DNA of 62,593 nt, from positions 1 through 62,593 of IMG/VR virus record IMGVR_UViG_3300042914_000630. One strand, given 5' to 3'. The position numbers and the translations under genes were made by a program. This stretch comes from a virus. Taxonomy: Duplodnaviria; Caudoviricetes. A model generated the notes under the pieces. The model saw only the letters and a program-made list of their open reading frames with translations. It made no database searches and was not told the origin of the DNA. Below are positions 19,385 to 30,485 of the stretch, piece by piece. Position 1 is the first letter of the stretch, and each line of letters begins with the position of its first letter.

Positions 19385-19397
19385 CTAAGGAGGCTAT

Positions 19398-20075
19398 ATG
19401 GGCTTAATTACTAAGTTACAGGCAATTAACCAAATGCTGTTGGCTTCAGGTGAAAACCTTGTAGCCGACCTAGAAGGTGAGTCCGGTATCGACACCGGAA
19501 TTGCTGAAACAATTCTAGAGCAGACTAGCTTGGATTATCAGCTAAGAGGTCTTGCTTCAAATAAATTTGTAAAGAAGATTACTTTAACAACTGATGGATA
19601 TATTAGAATGCCTACCCCTGATTCAGATGAAGAAGGCATTCTTGCTGTTGAATTAGTATCTCAGCATCTATCAGCAGAAGACACAATCATCAAGGCAAGA
19701 GTATTGAATAACTCTGAGCCAGCAAGATTGTGGAATATAACAGAAGATACGGATATATGGATTGCAACTAAAGGTCCATACTATCTTGAGTTCACAATGA
19801 AACTACCTTGGGAAAATCTTGAGACTACCGTGCAGCGAGCTATCCTAGCCACTGCTATGCGGCACTATCAAAGCATTACCCAAGGCGATGAGGCTACCGA
19901 TGCATTCTTGGGATTCCAAGAACAACTACACAGCATCAAGCACAAAGCAGCAGACATCAACGACAAGAAGAAAAGTATCTTTTCCTCTAACAGTATTCTG
20001 CAGGATGCCTCATTCCGCTCTCGCTACTACAGCGATCCAAACAGATTTAGGTACTGGCGTACCAGAGGTTTTTAA
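19398..20075 (+). CDS. Tail tubular protein A (gp11-like)
   Basis: TKLQAINQML...GE; W.NL...; position after capsid terminator. Confidence 0.88.
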   Translation: MGLITKLQAINQMLLASGENLVADLEGESGIDTGIAETILEQTSLDYQLRGLASNKFVKKITLTTDGYIRMPTPDSDEEGILAVELVSQHLSAEDTIIKARVLNNSEPARLWNITEDTDIWIATKGPYYLEFTMKLPWENLETTVQRAILATAMRHYQSITQGDEATDAFLGFQEQLHSIKHKAADINDKKKSIFSSNSILQDASFRSRYYSDPNRFRYWRTRGF

Positions 20076-23000
20076 TGGCTATACGAAGACGAGGCCCACG
20101 GGCTGGTTTAGTAACAACTAAGATTCCTGTCTATACCTTAAATAGTGTAGGCAGACAGTCGCCTAACCGCAGACAGCCAAACGAGGCTGAGAACATTGAC
20201 AATGCTCTAGTCTCTCTTGAAAGAAACTTTGAGAAGCGTCCGGGCTTTGAGATCGTACCACAAAAGACCGTAACAACAGCAACATCATGGGATCTCAGTT
20301 CCAATACAATTAGATTAGATCTTTACTCTCTTGCCTCAGTAGATCCATCACATGACTTGTGGTATTACTGGTACAGCATCAACGAAGAAAACACATTCTT
20401 GGTTGTCATTGATTTCGACGCAACTGCAGATGGAGACAAATTGTTTTATATCTTCCGTGTATATCCTACCGGATCATGGGAAGATCTAACTCCACCCACA
20501 CAGACAGAAGCTAGTAATGTAGTTAGTATGACAACTAGAGCATACATTACCCATAAGTCAGGAACAAAGACTGCCAAAGAATCTCTTAAGGCCGTGTCCT
20601 TAGGATCAAGCGTAGTCATTCTCAATAAGAATGTACGGGCTGGGTTTAGCTCAGATGTCGCTGGAAAGTTATTTGATCTTGATGGTGTCGTTACGGCTAC
20701 GGATGATATCGAAGGTCGTAAGGTAACTTACTATTCAGCATCCAAGGTAATGAAGGTATATGATAAAGGTGATGATGGTTTAGCAGCTACACCAGATGAT
20801 GTTCTATTAGGTTGGCGACCAAGTATACATACTGGTCAAGCAACTAATGGTGGTGCTAATGATATTCATTTGTCAAACTCTGCTTCAAATGCGAATGATG
20901 CTTATAATGGAATGTATATTACTATTACTTCGGGAACTGGAGCTGGGCAAACAAGAAGAATTACTGATTATACTGGAAGCTCAAAAATAGCAGCAGTTAC
21001 TCCAAGCTGGAGTCCACATCCAAGTTCTAGTTCTTACTATTCAATTGATCTTAGTACCACAATGTTTACTGGTACTGCTCAGTCAGGTACAACTAACTCA
21101 ATAACTTTAGCTACTACCGAAACAACAGTCAATGGTTATTATGCTGGTTCTTCTATTTCTATAGTTAGTGGTACTGGCTCTGGTCAGACCAGAACAATTA
21201 CTTCTTACAATGGATCAACCAAAGGTGCTGGTGTAACTCCTGATTGGACGACCACACCAAATAATACCTCTGTTTATGAAATCACTAGTAAATCAGCTAC
21301 ATATATTCCAGCTGAAGATTACTATTATTTTAGTTCTACCTATAATTACTTAGGTCAGAAGGTTGATGATCTAGGAGAAATTAGACTACCACCTGAAGAT
21401 GATGATTGGTATTCAAATAACTCAGATCTAAATGCCAATGATACTACAGCAAGACAAATGTTAAAGCTGTTGCACGACCCAGACACAAATTATAACGGTA
21501 TAATCGACGGTCGTGGTAAGATTTACTTTACCGTAAATCCATATCTAAATTCAACCAGTGGATTCTATCGTGTTGTTTCGTGGAATAACACAGGTAAAAC
21601 TTTCTACTACGCTCCTAGTGATCCCTTAAAGGGAATCTATTCTTTCTCTGGTACAACAGGAGCAATTACACACACAACAGCAATTACTCCAGCTGGTCGT
21701 CCATATCTCCAGAAGGTAAGAACACCAGACGAGCATTCCTATCTTGATCCAAGACGAATGCCTCAGAAGCTGGTGGTAACTATCTCGGCATCCAATGTCA
21801 CTGATTGGAAGATGGAACCCATTAAGTGGACTCCACGAACTTCCGGTGACAAGAGATCCAACCCCGGTCCAAGTATTTTTAAAACTGTCGATAGGAAGTC
21901 TCTAAGACAAGTACCAATCACAAGCATTGCCGTATTCAAGGATAGACTCTGGTTTGCTGCGGATGATGTTGTATTCTCCTCACAGATGGGTGAATACGAG
22001 AATCTATTCTATGATGATCCATCCAATATTGTAAGCACAGATCCTATTGATATTCGTGTCTCTTCAAACAACTATTGTGAAATCACAAGCATGACTCCAT
22101 TTGAAGATTACATGTTTATCAATACAAAGGCAAATACGCAGTTCCAGTTGGCTGGTGCATCTACTGCTGAGATTTCACCAAGCAATGTCGCGGTAGCTCC
22201 AGTAACTTATTACTCTACTGCACCTATTCTTGATCCTCAGTTTATTGGATCACGCCTATACTTCTTTGACTCACAGCGTCTATTCCTGTTTACAGGCAAG
22301 GGCAGCATGGGCTTTGCTTCGGCTGTCGAAGTATCCAGCCAAGCTGCTGGCTATCTTCCTAGAAAGTATCGTGCTGCTGCTACGGCTCCAGCTCAAGATA
22401 CCTTGCTGTTTGTAGATGACGATCAGCCTAATCATATCTATGGTTATATCAATAGATATAGTGGCGATAGAGTAATTCAGAATTCATTCTATCGTCATAT
22501 CCTAGCAGAAGAAGATTCAATTGAAACTCTTCAATGCTATGATAACTATATGTATGTTGTTAGTAAAAGAGAAACAAGCGCAACATCAGGAACATATGCT
22601 TATTATCTGTACAGAAATCTCATGTTAAATGAGGATGTATATGTACCTCGTCTTGATCGTATGTTTAAGATGAAGGTTATTAATAGCACTATAGAGCCAA
22701 CTAACTGGAATGCTGACTACGATCCATATACAGCAAGTACTACTTATAGATTACCCGGACATACTGATATTACAGATATATCTAAATACTTTGTAGTCTT
22801 ATTTAAAGGATGGGAAACAGCTTCAGAAGATTTAAGTAATGTTGCTATTCAACCATTATCTGTAACAAACAAAGTAGATGCTAGTTCTAATCCATATACA
22901 GAAATTGTAGTTCTTGGTGCAGACTATGCAGTACAAGATTATTATGTTTATATTGGCATCAAGTATAAGATGCGAGTAGAACTTAGTACGCTGTTTGTTA

Positions 23001-23335
23001 GAGATGACAATAACAATATTATTGATGGTGTCTTGAATATTCGTAGTGCTGTCTTTAGACATTACTACACAGGCCCATATGATATTGAAGTTACTCATAG
23101 AGGAAGAACTGCATTTACTACAAGTTATATTCCAACTAGACCTGAATACACAGCCTATGAAGATACTCTTCCACTTGAAATTTTCCAAGTTCAAGGAGAG
23201 TTTGTTACAAAGATTATGGGCTATTCAGACTCAACTACAATATCTATTTCCAGTGAATACCCTACTCCAGTAAACATTACAAACATGGAATTCAAGGGCA
23301 AGTTCAAACAGAAGTATACAACCATTGATACTTAA
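20075..23335 (+). CDS. Tail tubular protein B (gp12-like) with inserted domains
   Basis: KRPG, W..R.SGD..SNP.PS, FKDRL, DPID; 1086 aa. Confidence 0.9.
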   Translation: MAIRRRGPRAGLVTTKIPVYTLNSVGRQSPNRRQPNEAENIDNALVSLERNFEKRPGFEIVPQKTVTTATSWDLSSNTIRLDLYSLASVDPSHDLWYYWYSINEENTFLVVIDFDATADGDKLFYIFRVYPTGSWEDLTPPTQTEASNVVSMTTRAYITHKSGTKTAKESLKAVSLGSSVVILNKNVRAGFSSDVAGKLFDLDGVVTATDDIEGRKVTYYSASKVMKVYDKGDDGLAATPDDVLLGWRPSIHTGQATNGGANDIHLSNSASNANDAYNGMYITITSGTGAGQTRRITDYTGSSKIAAVTPSWSPHPSSSSYYSIDLSTTMFTGTAQSGTTNSITLATTETTVNGYYAGSSISIVSGTGSGQTRTITSYNGSTKGAGVTPDWTTTPNNTSVYEITSKSATYIPAEDYYYFSSTYNYLGQKVDDLGEIRLPPEDDDWYSNNSDLNANDTTARQMLKLLHDPDTNYNGIIDGRGKIYFTVNPYLNSTSGFYRVVSWNNTGKTFYYAPSDPLKGIYSFSGTTGAITHTTAITPAGRPYLQKVRTPDEHSYLDPRRMPQKLVVTISASNVTDWKMEPIKWTPRTSGDKRSNPGPSIFKTVDRKSLRQVPITSIAVFKDRLWFAADDVVFSSQMGEYENLFYDDPSNIVSTDPIDIRVSSNNYCEITSMTPFEDYMFINTKANTQFQLAGASTAEISPSNVAVAPVTYYSTAPILDPQFIGSRLYFFDSQRLFLFTGKGSMGFASAVEVSSQAAGYLPRKYRAAATAPAQDTLLFVDDDQPNHIYGYINRYSGDRVIQNSFYRHILAEEDSIETLQCYDNYMYVVSKRETSATSGTYAYYLYRNLMLNEDVYVPRLDRMFKMKVINSTIEPTNWNADYDPYTASTTYRLPGHTDITDISKYFVVLFKGWETASEDLSNVAIQPLSVTNKVDASSNPYTEIVVLGADYAVQDYYVYIGIKYKMRVELSTLFVRDDNNNIIDGVLNIRSAVFRHYYTGPYDIEVTHRGRTAFTTSYIPTRPEYTAYEDTLPLEIFQVQGEFVTKIMGYSDSTTISISSEYPTPVNITNMEFKGKFKQKYTTIDT

Positions 23336-23346
23336 TCGGAGAAATA

Positions 23347-26300
23347 ATGACAACATATAATAACTTAGAAATTGCAGAAGTTTCTCTGACATTTTCAGGG
23401 GAACTTGATCCTTCTATTTCTACTAGAACATTCGATTTAAGCACACTTAGCTTTCTTCCTAATGTTCCTCTTATAGATCAAATTGAGGTCGAGCGTATCT
23501 TTGATACAGGCTATGACACAAAGTTTGGTGAGAATATATTTACCATTGCTGATAGACGGCAAATATTTATTCTACCTAAAGCATGGTATTCAATCAACGA
23601 ACAGACAAAGATTTTAACTGTTGTTGATCTTAGTACTATTCCAACTTATACTACTAATGGTTTATATTATCCATCATCTAGAACATTTGTATTAGAGACT
23701 CTAGATTCAAATAATGCCCAACAAACTTTAGATATTCCTAACTTTTTAGTTAACAATGTTGGTACAAATGTCAATGGCGTTGTAAGACAGCCCGATACTG
23801 TAATCATTAGAAGAAAAACTTTATCTATTGATAGTATTGTTACTTTTGCTCCCGGCACAAGACTAACTACAACACAGCTGAATCTTCAGTTTAATCAGCT
23901 AAAGTATATTCTTCAGGAGCTTGTTGCTAAAGTTAGAAACGAAATTATTCTGAAGTTTGATGAGAATGCTGTTGACGGCCCCTTCTTAGGTGGCAGTGAT
24001 CTTAAGATGTCTAACAATTACATTAACGATCTAAATAGTTTGTCTATTGGTGAAGTTAATGAAGAGTTTAGTACTGGTGTTGGTGCTGGTATAGTATCTG
24101 GTGCAACTTTTGCAACCAATGTTGGTGCCGTTTATGATGCCTTGACACAAGGAACAGTACACCGAACAACCATGAATGGTGGCGTAACTGTACCATTCTC
24201 TGGTCATTTTACAGCAACTCCTGATGGCGGTTCTCCATTGAGAATTACTAATATGGCTAATGCTGTCGATGATACAGACGCAGCCACCCTTGGTCAGATT
24301 AGAAACGCAAGCAATCTAACACAAGGTACGCTTGATCCAGCGAGAATCCAAACCAATAGCTTACCATTAACTAAGTTATCAGAAGCTTCAGGACAAGGAT
24401 ATACACTCCCTGTCGATGCTTTGGCAAACAGCGGAGCAACCGCAGGAAACTATGGTGTATCTACAGCTGGTAATACCAATAACATGGTATACATGACTGT
24501 CGATGCTAAGGGTAGAGCAACTACTATTTCTTCTAGAAACATGACTGTAGATGATCTACCCATTTCTGGTGTAAATGCATCTACTTATGGTAATGGAGCT
24601 ACTCCTTTGGTTGAACTTGTTGTAGACTCTAAGGGTCGTATTACAGGAGCTACCGAACGAGCAATAGCAGCTGGCGATCTTCTTGATATTAGTGCTACTA
24701 ATATTATTACAGGTACTCTTAATGCAGACAGATTAGCTACTAGTGGAGTCTCTGCTGGTACTACAACTATTCCTAATTCTATTACTGTTGATAATAAAGG
24801 AAGAGTAACAGCAATTGCTGGTGGCAGTATTCCTGCTGCTAATGTGTCAGGCTTTGATACTCAAGTTCGCACAAATAGACTTGATCAAATGGCTGCACCT
24901 ACAGCAAGCGTAAGCTTTGGTAATCAAAAGATTACAAATCTAGATACACCAGCTGTTTCTGCAGATGCTGCTACTAAGGGTTATGTCGATGGTTATGCAG
25001 CTCCTCTATCAACTTTTAATACAAATGTTACTAATCTCATTCAAACAAACTCTGTTTATTGGGATAGCGGTAATGATAGATATACAGCCCAGCGTAGTGC
25101 TATTAATAAAAAGATTACTGGTGTTGCAGACCCAAGTAATAGTAATGATGTTGTAAACTTAAACTATTTTAACACCAATGCTTTGGCTGTTTCTGGCGGT
25201 GTTATTAATGCTAATAGCAACCCAATCATTAATGTTACAATGCGTTCTGGTGGCTCGCTAGCCGCTAATGATGCTGTAAACTATGGGTATGTACAAGCCC
25301 TTACTCTTTATGGTCAGGCTGTCACAGACCCACAAACCTTTACAAATGCTTGGCCTACTGCTGGTACTATAGTAAATGGTAATAAACCTTATGAGTTTTC
25401 TTTAGCCACTCTTGCTGCAACAACAGCAGAAATGCTAATAGTAACTGATTCAGAAGGTCGTATTTATATTCCAAGTACAGCGGTTCCAGCCGCAGCTGGT
25501 AGATTCTTCCGTTTAGATACAGGCGTAAGTCCTAAGAAAGTAATTGTCTATTTAGATAGTGCTATTACTCCTTCAGGTTCTGTGTTTATCAGAAACTTTG
25601 GAACATCTAGATCAGTATCTGCTAGCATTGCTGGCGCAGCTACACTAGGTTTAGTTCAGGTTCCTACGGCTGGTGGTTTATTAATCAATAGTGGTACAGG
25701 TGATATTACTCTCAATACAGCAACTGCTGCTCAAATTGGTGGTATTAAACTTGGTACTGGTCTTGTTGATATTGGCTCTAGTGTTATAAAAGTAGATCTT
25801 TCTGATTCAACTTCACTAAATAGCTCAGTTAAGGCTGCTTCTTCTAAAGCAGTAAAAGATACTTATGACTATGCTGTTGGTGTAAATAGCACAGTAAGTT
25901 CCTTAAGCTCAACAGTTTCATCTGTTAGCGCAACAGCAACAGCAGCTCAGAACACAGCAAATGCCGCTCTAGCTCGTTCTGGTGGAACAATGACAGGTAA
26001 ACTAATAACAGTAACTCCAGCTTCTGGTGCTGCTAGTATTGTATTACCTTCTGGTTCTGCTCCAACTACTCCTATATCTGGTGATGTTTGGAACAACGCA
26101 GGAACTTTACAGTTCTATAATGGTTCTGCTACTAAGAGTATTGCCTTTACTGATTCTAGTATTACAGGCAATGCAGCTACAGCAACACAGTGGACTACTG
26201 GTCGTACTATTCAATTAACTGGTGCAGTTACAGGAACAAGCGGTTCTTTCAACGGAACTTCTAATCTAAGTTTTGCTACTACTTTAAGTGCGTCTGCTGC

Positions 26301-27615
26301 TGTTATTTCACTACAAGGAACTGCAAATCAAGTTCTTGTAAATTCAACAAGTGGAACAGCTACTGCTGGAGCAATTACACTAACATTACCTCAGTCTATT
26401 GGTACATCATCTACACCAACCTTTGCTGGCTTGACTTCAAACAATATTCAGGTTGGTAATACTTCAGGAACCATTACAACAACTACAACAAATCAAAATC
26501 TTATCTTGTCTGCAAACGGTACTGGTTTTGTAAACATTGCAGATAATGCCGATATTGATGGTACACTAAATGTTGATGGTGCTTCTACTTTAGTTGGTAA
26601 TACAACCATACAAGGTTCTGTATCGGTAACAGCAGGAGCATCTAAGATTGCTATGGGTGCTGATGCAAGTACTGCAACAACTAGTATCAATAGACAAAAC
26701 ACAACAGCATCTCCTGCTGATGTCGGAGATTTGATACTAAGAGTTCCTACAGACCGTAAAGCATTCCTTGTTGCAAATAATACAATTGCGACAGCAGCAG
26801 TTGCTAATGATGAGCTTATAACTAGACATTCTTTAAATCAAGCACTAACTCCTTATGCACTAACATCAAGCCTTAGTACTTATATGGCAACTTCAGGTAC
26901 TTTGGTAACTGGAGCTACAAACCAAGTACTTGGTACTGGTGCATCTGCTACAGGAAGCTTTATTGTTAAGACTGATAATACAGATAGACTTACAATTAAT
27001 GCTGCTGGTACTACATCAATAGCTAGTGGTCTTAGTGTAACTGGTAATGCATTATTTAGTAATAATTTAACTGTAAGTGGTACTACCAGTTTAAATGGTA
27101 CTGTTACCTTAAATAATGCTCTTAAAAATAGTGATATTACTGTATACGCATCTGCTACTATAGACTCTTATCTCACAAAAGCACAGCATTTACTTAGAAA
27201 TGCTGATCGTTATTACGAAGTAAACATTGGAGGTATATATAAGGACTTTGATACTACTGCAAACTTTAATTTTCCACTGGATGGGCTTCCTGTTTGGCTT
27301 CATTGGTATGTAGCAGGATCAAACAGCGGATCTAGAATAGTAAGGTTGGTTGTACCAGCAAATCAAGTTATTTATATAGTTGGTTATACCGGAGTCCACC
27401 TACAATCGGTTATAACAAGTAGAGGAATATTATCTCCGTGGAGTTCTTTTGTTGTACCCACCCAAATTGTAAGCGACACCACTTTTGGTTTAACTCTTAG
27501 AGGGGCTATACCCACTCCAATACCAGTGTCAACAACAAACCAAACTTATATCTTAATGAATACAACCAGTGCCAGTGGTGGAGGACATCGTGTTGGTTTC
27601 CTCCGTGTTAAATAA
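23347..27615 (+). CDS. Tail fibre protein
   Basis: gp17-like N-terminal anchor (IRRKT...F.PG..LT...LN..F.Q..Y..QE); VD.KGR repeats; ITN...DAAT neck motifs. Confidence 0.88.
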   Translation: MTTYNNLEIAEVSLTFSGELDPSISTRTFDLSTLSFLPNVPLIDQIEVERIFDTGYDTKFGENIFTIADRRQIFILPKAWYSINEQTKILTVVDLSTIPTYTTNGLYYPSSRTFVLETLDSNNAQQTLDIPNFLVNNVGTNVNGVVRQPDTVIIRRKTLSIDSIVTFAPGTRLTTTQLNLQFNQLKYILQELVAKVRNEIILKFDENAVDGPFLGGSDLKMSNNYINDLNSLSIGEVNEEFSTGVGAGIVSGATFATNVGAVYDALTQGTVHRTTMNGGVTVPFSGHFTATPDGGSPLRITNMANAVDDTDAATLGQIRNASNLTQGTLDPARIQTNSLPLTKLSEASGQGYTLPVDALANSGATAGNYGVSTAGNTNNMVYMTVDAKGRATTISSRNMTVDDLPISGVNASTYGNGATPLVELVVDSKGRITGATERAIAAGDLLDISATNIITGTLNADRLATSGVSAGTTTIPNSITVDNKGRVTAIAGGSIPAANVSGFDTQVRTNRLDQMAAPTASVSFGNQKITNLDTPAVSADAATKGYVDGYAAPLSTFNTNVTNLIQTNSVYWDSGNDRYTAQRSAINKKITGVADPSNSNDVVNLNYFNTNALAVSGGVINANSNPIINVTMRSGGSLAANDAVNYGYVQALTLYGQAVTDPQTFTNAWPTAGTIVNGNKPYEFSLATLAATTAEMLIVTDSEGRIYIPSTAVPAAAGRFFRLDTGVSPKKVIVYLDSAITPSGSVFIRNFGTSRSVSASIAGAATLGLVQVPTAGGLLINSGTGDITLNTATAAQIGGIKLGTGLVDIGSSVIKVDLSDSTSLNSSVKAASSKAVKDTYDYAVGVNSTVSSLSSTVSSVSATATAAQNTANAALARSGGTMTGKLITVTPASGAASIVLPSGSAPTTPISGDVWNNAGTLQFYNGSATKSIAFTDSSITGNAATATQWTTGRTIQLTGAVTGTSGSFNGTSNLSFATTLSASAAVISLQGTANQVLVNSTSGTATAGAITLTLPQSIGTSSTPTFAGLTSNNIQVGNTSGTITTTTTNQNLILSANGTGFVNIADNADIDGTLNVDGASTLVGNTTIQGSVSVTAGASKIAMGADASTATTSINRQNTTASPADVGDLILRVPTDRKAFLVANNTIATAAVANDELITRHSLNQALTPYALTSSLSTYMATSGTLVTGATNQVLGTGASATGSFIVKTDNTDRLTINAAGTTSIASGLSVTGNALFSNNLTVSGTTSLNGTVTLNNALKNSDITVYASATIDSYLTKAQHLLRNADRYYEVNIGGIYKDFDTTANFNFPLDGLPVWLHWYVAGSNSGSRIVRLVVPANQVIYIVGYTGVHLQSVITSRGILSPWSSFVVPTQIVSDTTFGLTLRGAIPTPIPVSTTNQTYILMNTTSASGGGHRVGFLRVK

Positions 27616-27624
27616 GGAGTAACT

Positions 27625-27879
27625 ATGGTAGAGAATAACCTTGCAATATATGTTTCTGTTATGCAGTTGGCTATTCTCACCATCGGTGTAGTCACTGTCA
27701 TTGTCAAGCTTGGTAAGCGAGAAGCCCTAATAGAATCCAATGCCGAAGAGTTAAAGCAACTCAAGGAGATAACAAAGGATCTAGTAAAGGCTGACATTGA
27801 GAACGGCAAGAATATCCTAACAGTAGTTGGGGATCTCAAGGCACTGAAATACCGTGTCGAAATGCTGGAGTCAAAATGA
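27625..27879 (+). CDS. Single-TM coiled-coil protein (holin-like)
   Basis: N-terminal hydrophobic segment; position after tail fibre. Confidence 0.5.
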   Translation: MVENNLAIYVSVMQLAILTIGVVTVIVKLGKREALIESNAEELKQLKEITKDLVKADIENGKNILTVVGDLKALKYRVEMLESK

Positions 27880-28346
27880 TTCGCTATCTTTGGTTTTTAT
27901 TTCTGGTTGGATGCTCTTCAACCCAAGAGATATCCACCAGCAACCATTACATCCAAAAAGAAGCAATGTCCATTCTTCGTACCGCCGATATCAAGGTAGC
28001 TCACAAGCATGCCCACAATATCATAGGTGAATCTGCTGACATTGCAGGAGCGGTTGGCAATGTAAAAGATACTACCCCGTGGTGGGGAGACATGATCACA
28101 TACGGGGCTATTGCCTTGGCCGTGATTGGCGTTTGTTTCCTTCTCTGGTATACCGGAGTAGGTACTCTAATTAAAAAGGTGGTCTATTCATTAGGCCTGT
28201 TCATCCCGGATAAAAAGCTTCAGCAAGCCAAGGTTCTTGCCGAGGCCAAGGATGAAACAGATCCAACCACCATTCGTGAAGCAATAGCAGTCATGCGAGC
28301 CAGTGATCCTGCGTTCGATGCTGCATACAAGAAAGTGAGTAAGTAA
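27876..28346 (+). CDS. Lipoprotein with additional TM segment (possible u-spanin-like lysis protein)
   Basis: Lipobox LVGC; internal hydrophobic helix. Confidence 0.5.
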   Translation: MIRYLWFLFLVGCSSTQEISTSNHYIQKEAMSILRTADIKVAHKHAHNIIGESADIAGAVGNVKDTTPWWGDMITYGAIALAVIGVCFLLWYTGVGTLIKKVVYSLGLFIPDKKLQQAKVLAEAKDETDPTTIREAIAVMRASDPAFDAAYKKVSK

Positions 28347-28347
28347 T

Positions 28348-28461
28348 ATGGATTCATTCCTAGGTTCAGTTTGGTTCGCTCTTATGCTCTTTGCAGTCGG
28401 CTACATTGCGGGTTCTGTCGTTCCCGTAAGTAAGCTGCCTGAGCTTTTCAAGAAGAAGTGA
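28348..28461 (+). CDS. Small membrane protein
   Basis: Hand translation 37 aa, one TM segment and basic tail. Confidence 0.55.
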   Translation: MDSFLGSVWFALMLFAVGYIAGSVVPVSKLPELFKKK

Positions 28462-28682
28462 ACAAAGAACTAATCAACCTCCTTAATCAGCGTCTGGTAG
28501 AACGACTACTGGATGATCTTAAGGACGATACTAAATCAACCCCCGGCCTATACCAAGTCGTTCGCGGCGTGGTAAACGACAACCGGGAAGCGTTGGATGG
28601 TATTCCCTCCAGCACTCTGGATACCCTTGAGGAATCCATGAAGGCTAGGATGCCATTTAAGTTTAAGTCTTCTCAGATTTAA
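28458..28682 (+). CDS. Terminase small subunit (gp18-like)
   Basis: Size, position before large terminase, V...V.DN motif. Confidence 0.7.
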   Translation: MNKELINLLNQRLVERLLDDLKDDTKSTPGLYQVVRGVVNDNREALDGIPSSTLDTLEESMKARMPFKFKSSQI

Positions 28683-28687
28683 TACCC

Positions 28688-28728
28688 GGCTTCTAGGGGC
28701 AGAAATGCCTCTAGGAGCCTTTTGTTTG
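28688..28728 (+). terminator. Intrinsic terminator-like hairpin
   Basis: GGCTTCTAGGGGC-AGAAAT-GCCTCTAGGAGCC followed by TTTTGTTT. Confidence 0.75.
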
Positions 28729-28802
28729 ATTCAGGCTACCCAGATAGCCAAGATCCATTAGAACCGTTTATAGGCCATTCTAGGGCCATTAGGAGGCAAA
28801 CC

Positions 28803-30485
28803 ATGAAGCCACCCCCAGAGGTCATAGACGACTTCCGTAATCACCTATACTTTTGTTTCAAGTATTTGGGTCTAGGTGAACCCACCCCACTCCAGTATGC
28901 CATAGCCCATAGGCTGCAGGACGGTCCTAGTGACCACATCCTACAGGCAGGGCGAGGTGCTGGCAAGAGTGTAATTACGGCTTGTTATGTTTCGTGGATT
29001 CTACTACGGAATCCCAATACTACAGTACTTGTACTTTCTGCTACGGCTGACAAGGCCATCAAGTTCGTGTCGCAGACCAGATCAATCCTGACTCTGGTTC
29101 CCTACATGAAGACCCTTGAGCCACAGGAGTTTGACAAGGACAGCGCATTCGGATTTAATGTAAACAATAGAACTAAATTCACTCAGGATCTATCCGTTAC
29201 CGCCAGAGGTATCACCTCCCAGATCACAGGTCTACACGCAGACAAGATCATTGGCGATGACATTGAGATCCCTGAGAACTCAGACAGTCCACAGGCCAGA
29301 GAGAAACTCTGGGAGAGATGTCTTGAGCTTGAAAATGTAAAGAACAAAGAAGAAGATTGTTCAATTCGATTCCTAGGTACGCCACAATCCAAGGACTCCG
29401 TATACAACAAACTAGGTGGCATATACAAAATTATCAAGTTCCCCGCAGTAATGCCAGACTTGGATAATGCAGAGGATGTTGAAGATGTTGATACCTATGT
29501 GTTGCGATTGGGCTTGGAGCCGGGTTGTTCGACTCAGCCGGAAAGATTCTCGGATGAGAAACTTGCTGAACTTGAAGCAAAGATTGGTCCTACAAACTTT
29601 GAACTCCACTATAAACTCAAAACGACTTCAGCAGACAACAAGAAGTATCCGCTCAGGCTTCAAGACCTGATCGTTATTGATGTCGATCCAGAAGTATTTC
29701 CCGTAAAGGTAGTCCATGCAAAGAGCGTGGTCAATCGACGGGTATCCTCGTTTGGTATGAAGGGAGATCTGGTCTATGAGCCGATGCACATTGAACCTAA
29801 GTTTGTCCCGTACTCACAGACCGTTCTCTTCATTGACCCCTCTGGTCGTGGCGCGGATGAAACTGCAATATGCGTTGCGTCATTCGCTCATGGTTATGTT
29901 GTCATCCATGAACTCCTTGGCATTCAGGGTGGATACGACACGCCAACATTAAAGCAAATCTGCAAGTTAATCAATCAGTACGATATTAGTCTAGTTCGAT
30001 ATGAGTCCAACTATGGTGATGGTATGTTCGGAAAGATCCTTGCACCAGTAGTCATGCAGAACTGTGGTCAGGTAGCCATTGAGGAATTCAAGGTATCTGG
30101 TCAAAAGGAAGTACGGATAATTAATACCCTTGAGCCTATCATGTCTCAACATAGACTTGTAATGGATACTCAGGTATTGCTTAACAAAGATAATCAAATT
30201 CAGATTACCAGAATGCAGGAAAAGCGTGGAGCACTAAAGCACGATGACCGTGTGGATGTCCTTGCTGCTGCCGTATCTTACTGGACTGATGCCTTGGCAA
30301 TCGACCCAGAAAAAGAAATGGTTGTCAGGCAGGAAGAAGATTACAAGAACAAAGTAAAAGAATGGATGAGTAACAAGAGATCCCTAGGTATTCTAGGAGA
30401 AAGAATCTCTGGTGCTATCCTATTAAATGGAAAAGAACCAAAAGAAAAGAAGTTTGGTAAATCCATACTAAGGAGAAAACGATAA
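28803..30485 (+). CDS. Terminase large subunit (gp19-like)
   Basis: RGAGKS, ITG..AD.II.DD.E, LGTPQ, IDPSGRGADET, HDDR.D; AGGAGG SD before ATG 28803. Confidence 0.96.
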   Translation: MKPPPEVIDDFRNHLYFCFKYLGLGEPTPLQYAIAHRLQDGPSDHILQAGRGAGKSVITACYVSWILLRNPNTTVLVLSATADKAIKFVSQTRSILTLVPYMKTLEPQEFDKDSAFGFNVNNRTKFTQDLSVTARGITSQITGLHADKIIGDDIEIPENSDSPQAREKLWERCLELENVKNKEEDCSIRFLGTPQSKDSVYNKLGGIYKIIKFPAVMPDLDNAEDVEDVDTYVLRLGLEPGCSTQPERFSDEKLAELEAKIGPTNFELHYKLKTTSADNKKYPLRLQDLIVIDVDPEVFPVKVVHAKSVVNRRVSSFGMKGDLVYEPMHIEPKFVPYSQTVLFIDPSGRGADETAICVASFAHGYVVIHELLGIQGGYDTPTLKQICKLINQYDISLVRYESNYGDGMFGKILAPVVMQNCGQVAIEEFKVSGQKEVRIINTLEPIMSQHRLVMDTQVLLNKDNQIQITRMQEKRGALKHDDRVDVLAAAVSYWTDALAIDPEKEMVVRQEEDYKNKVKEWMSNKRSLGILGERISGAILLNGKEPKEKKFGKSILRRKR

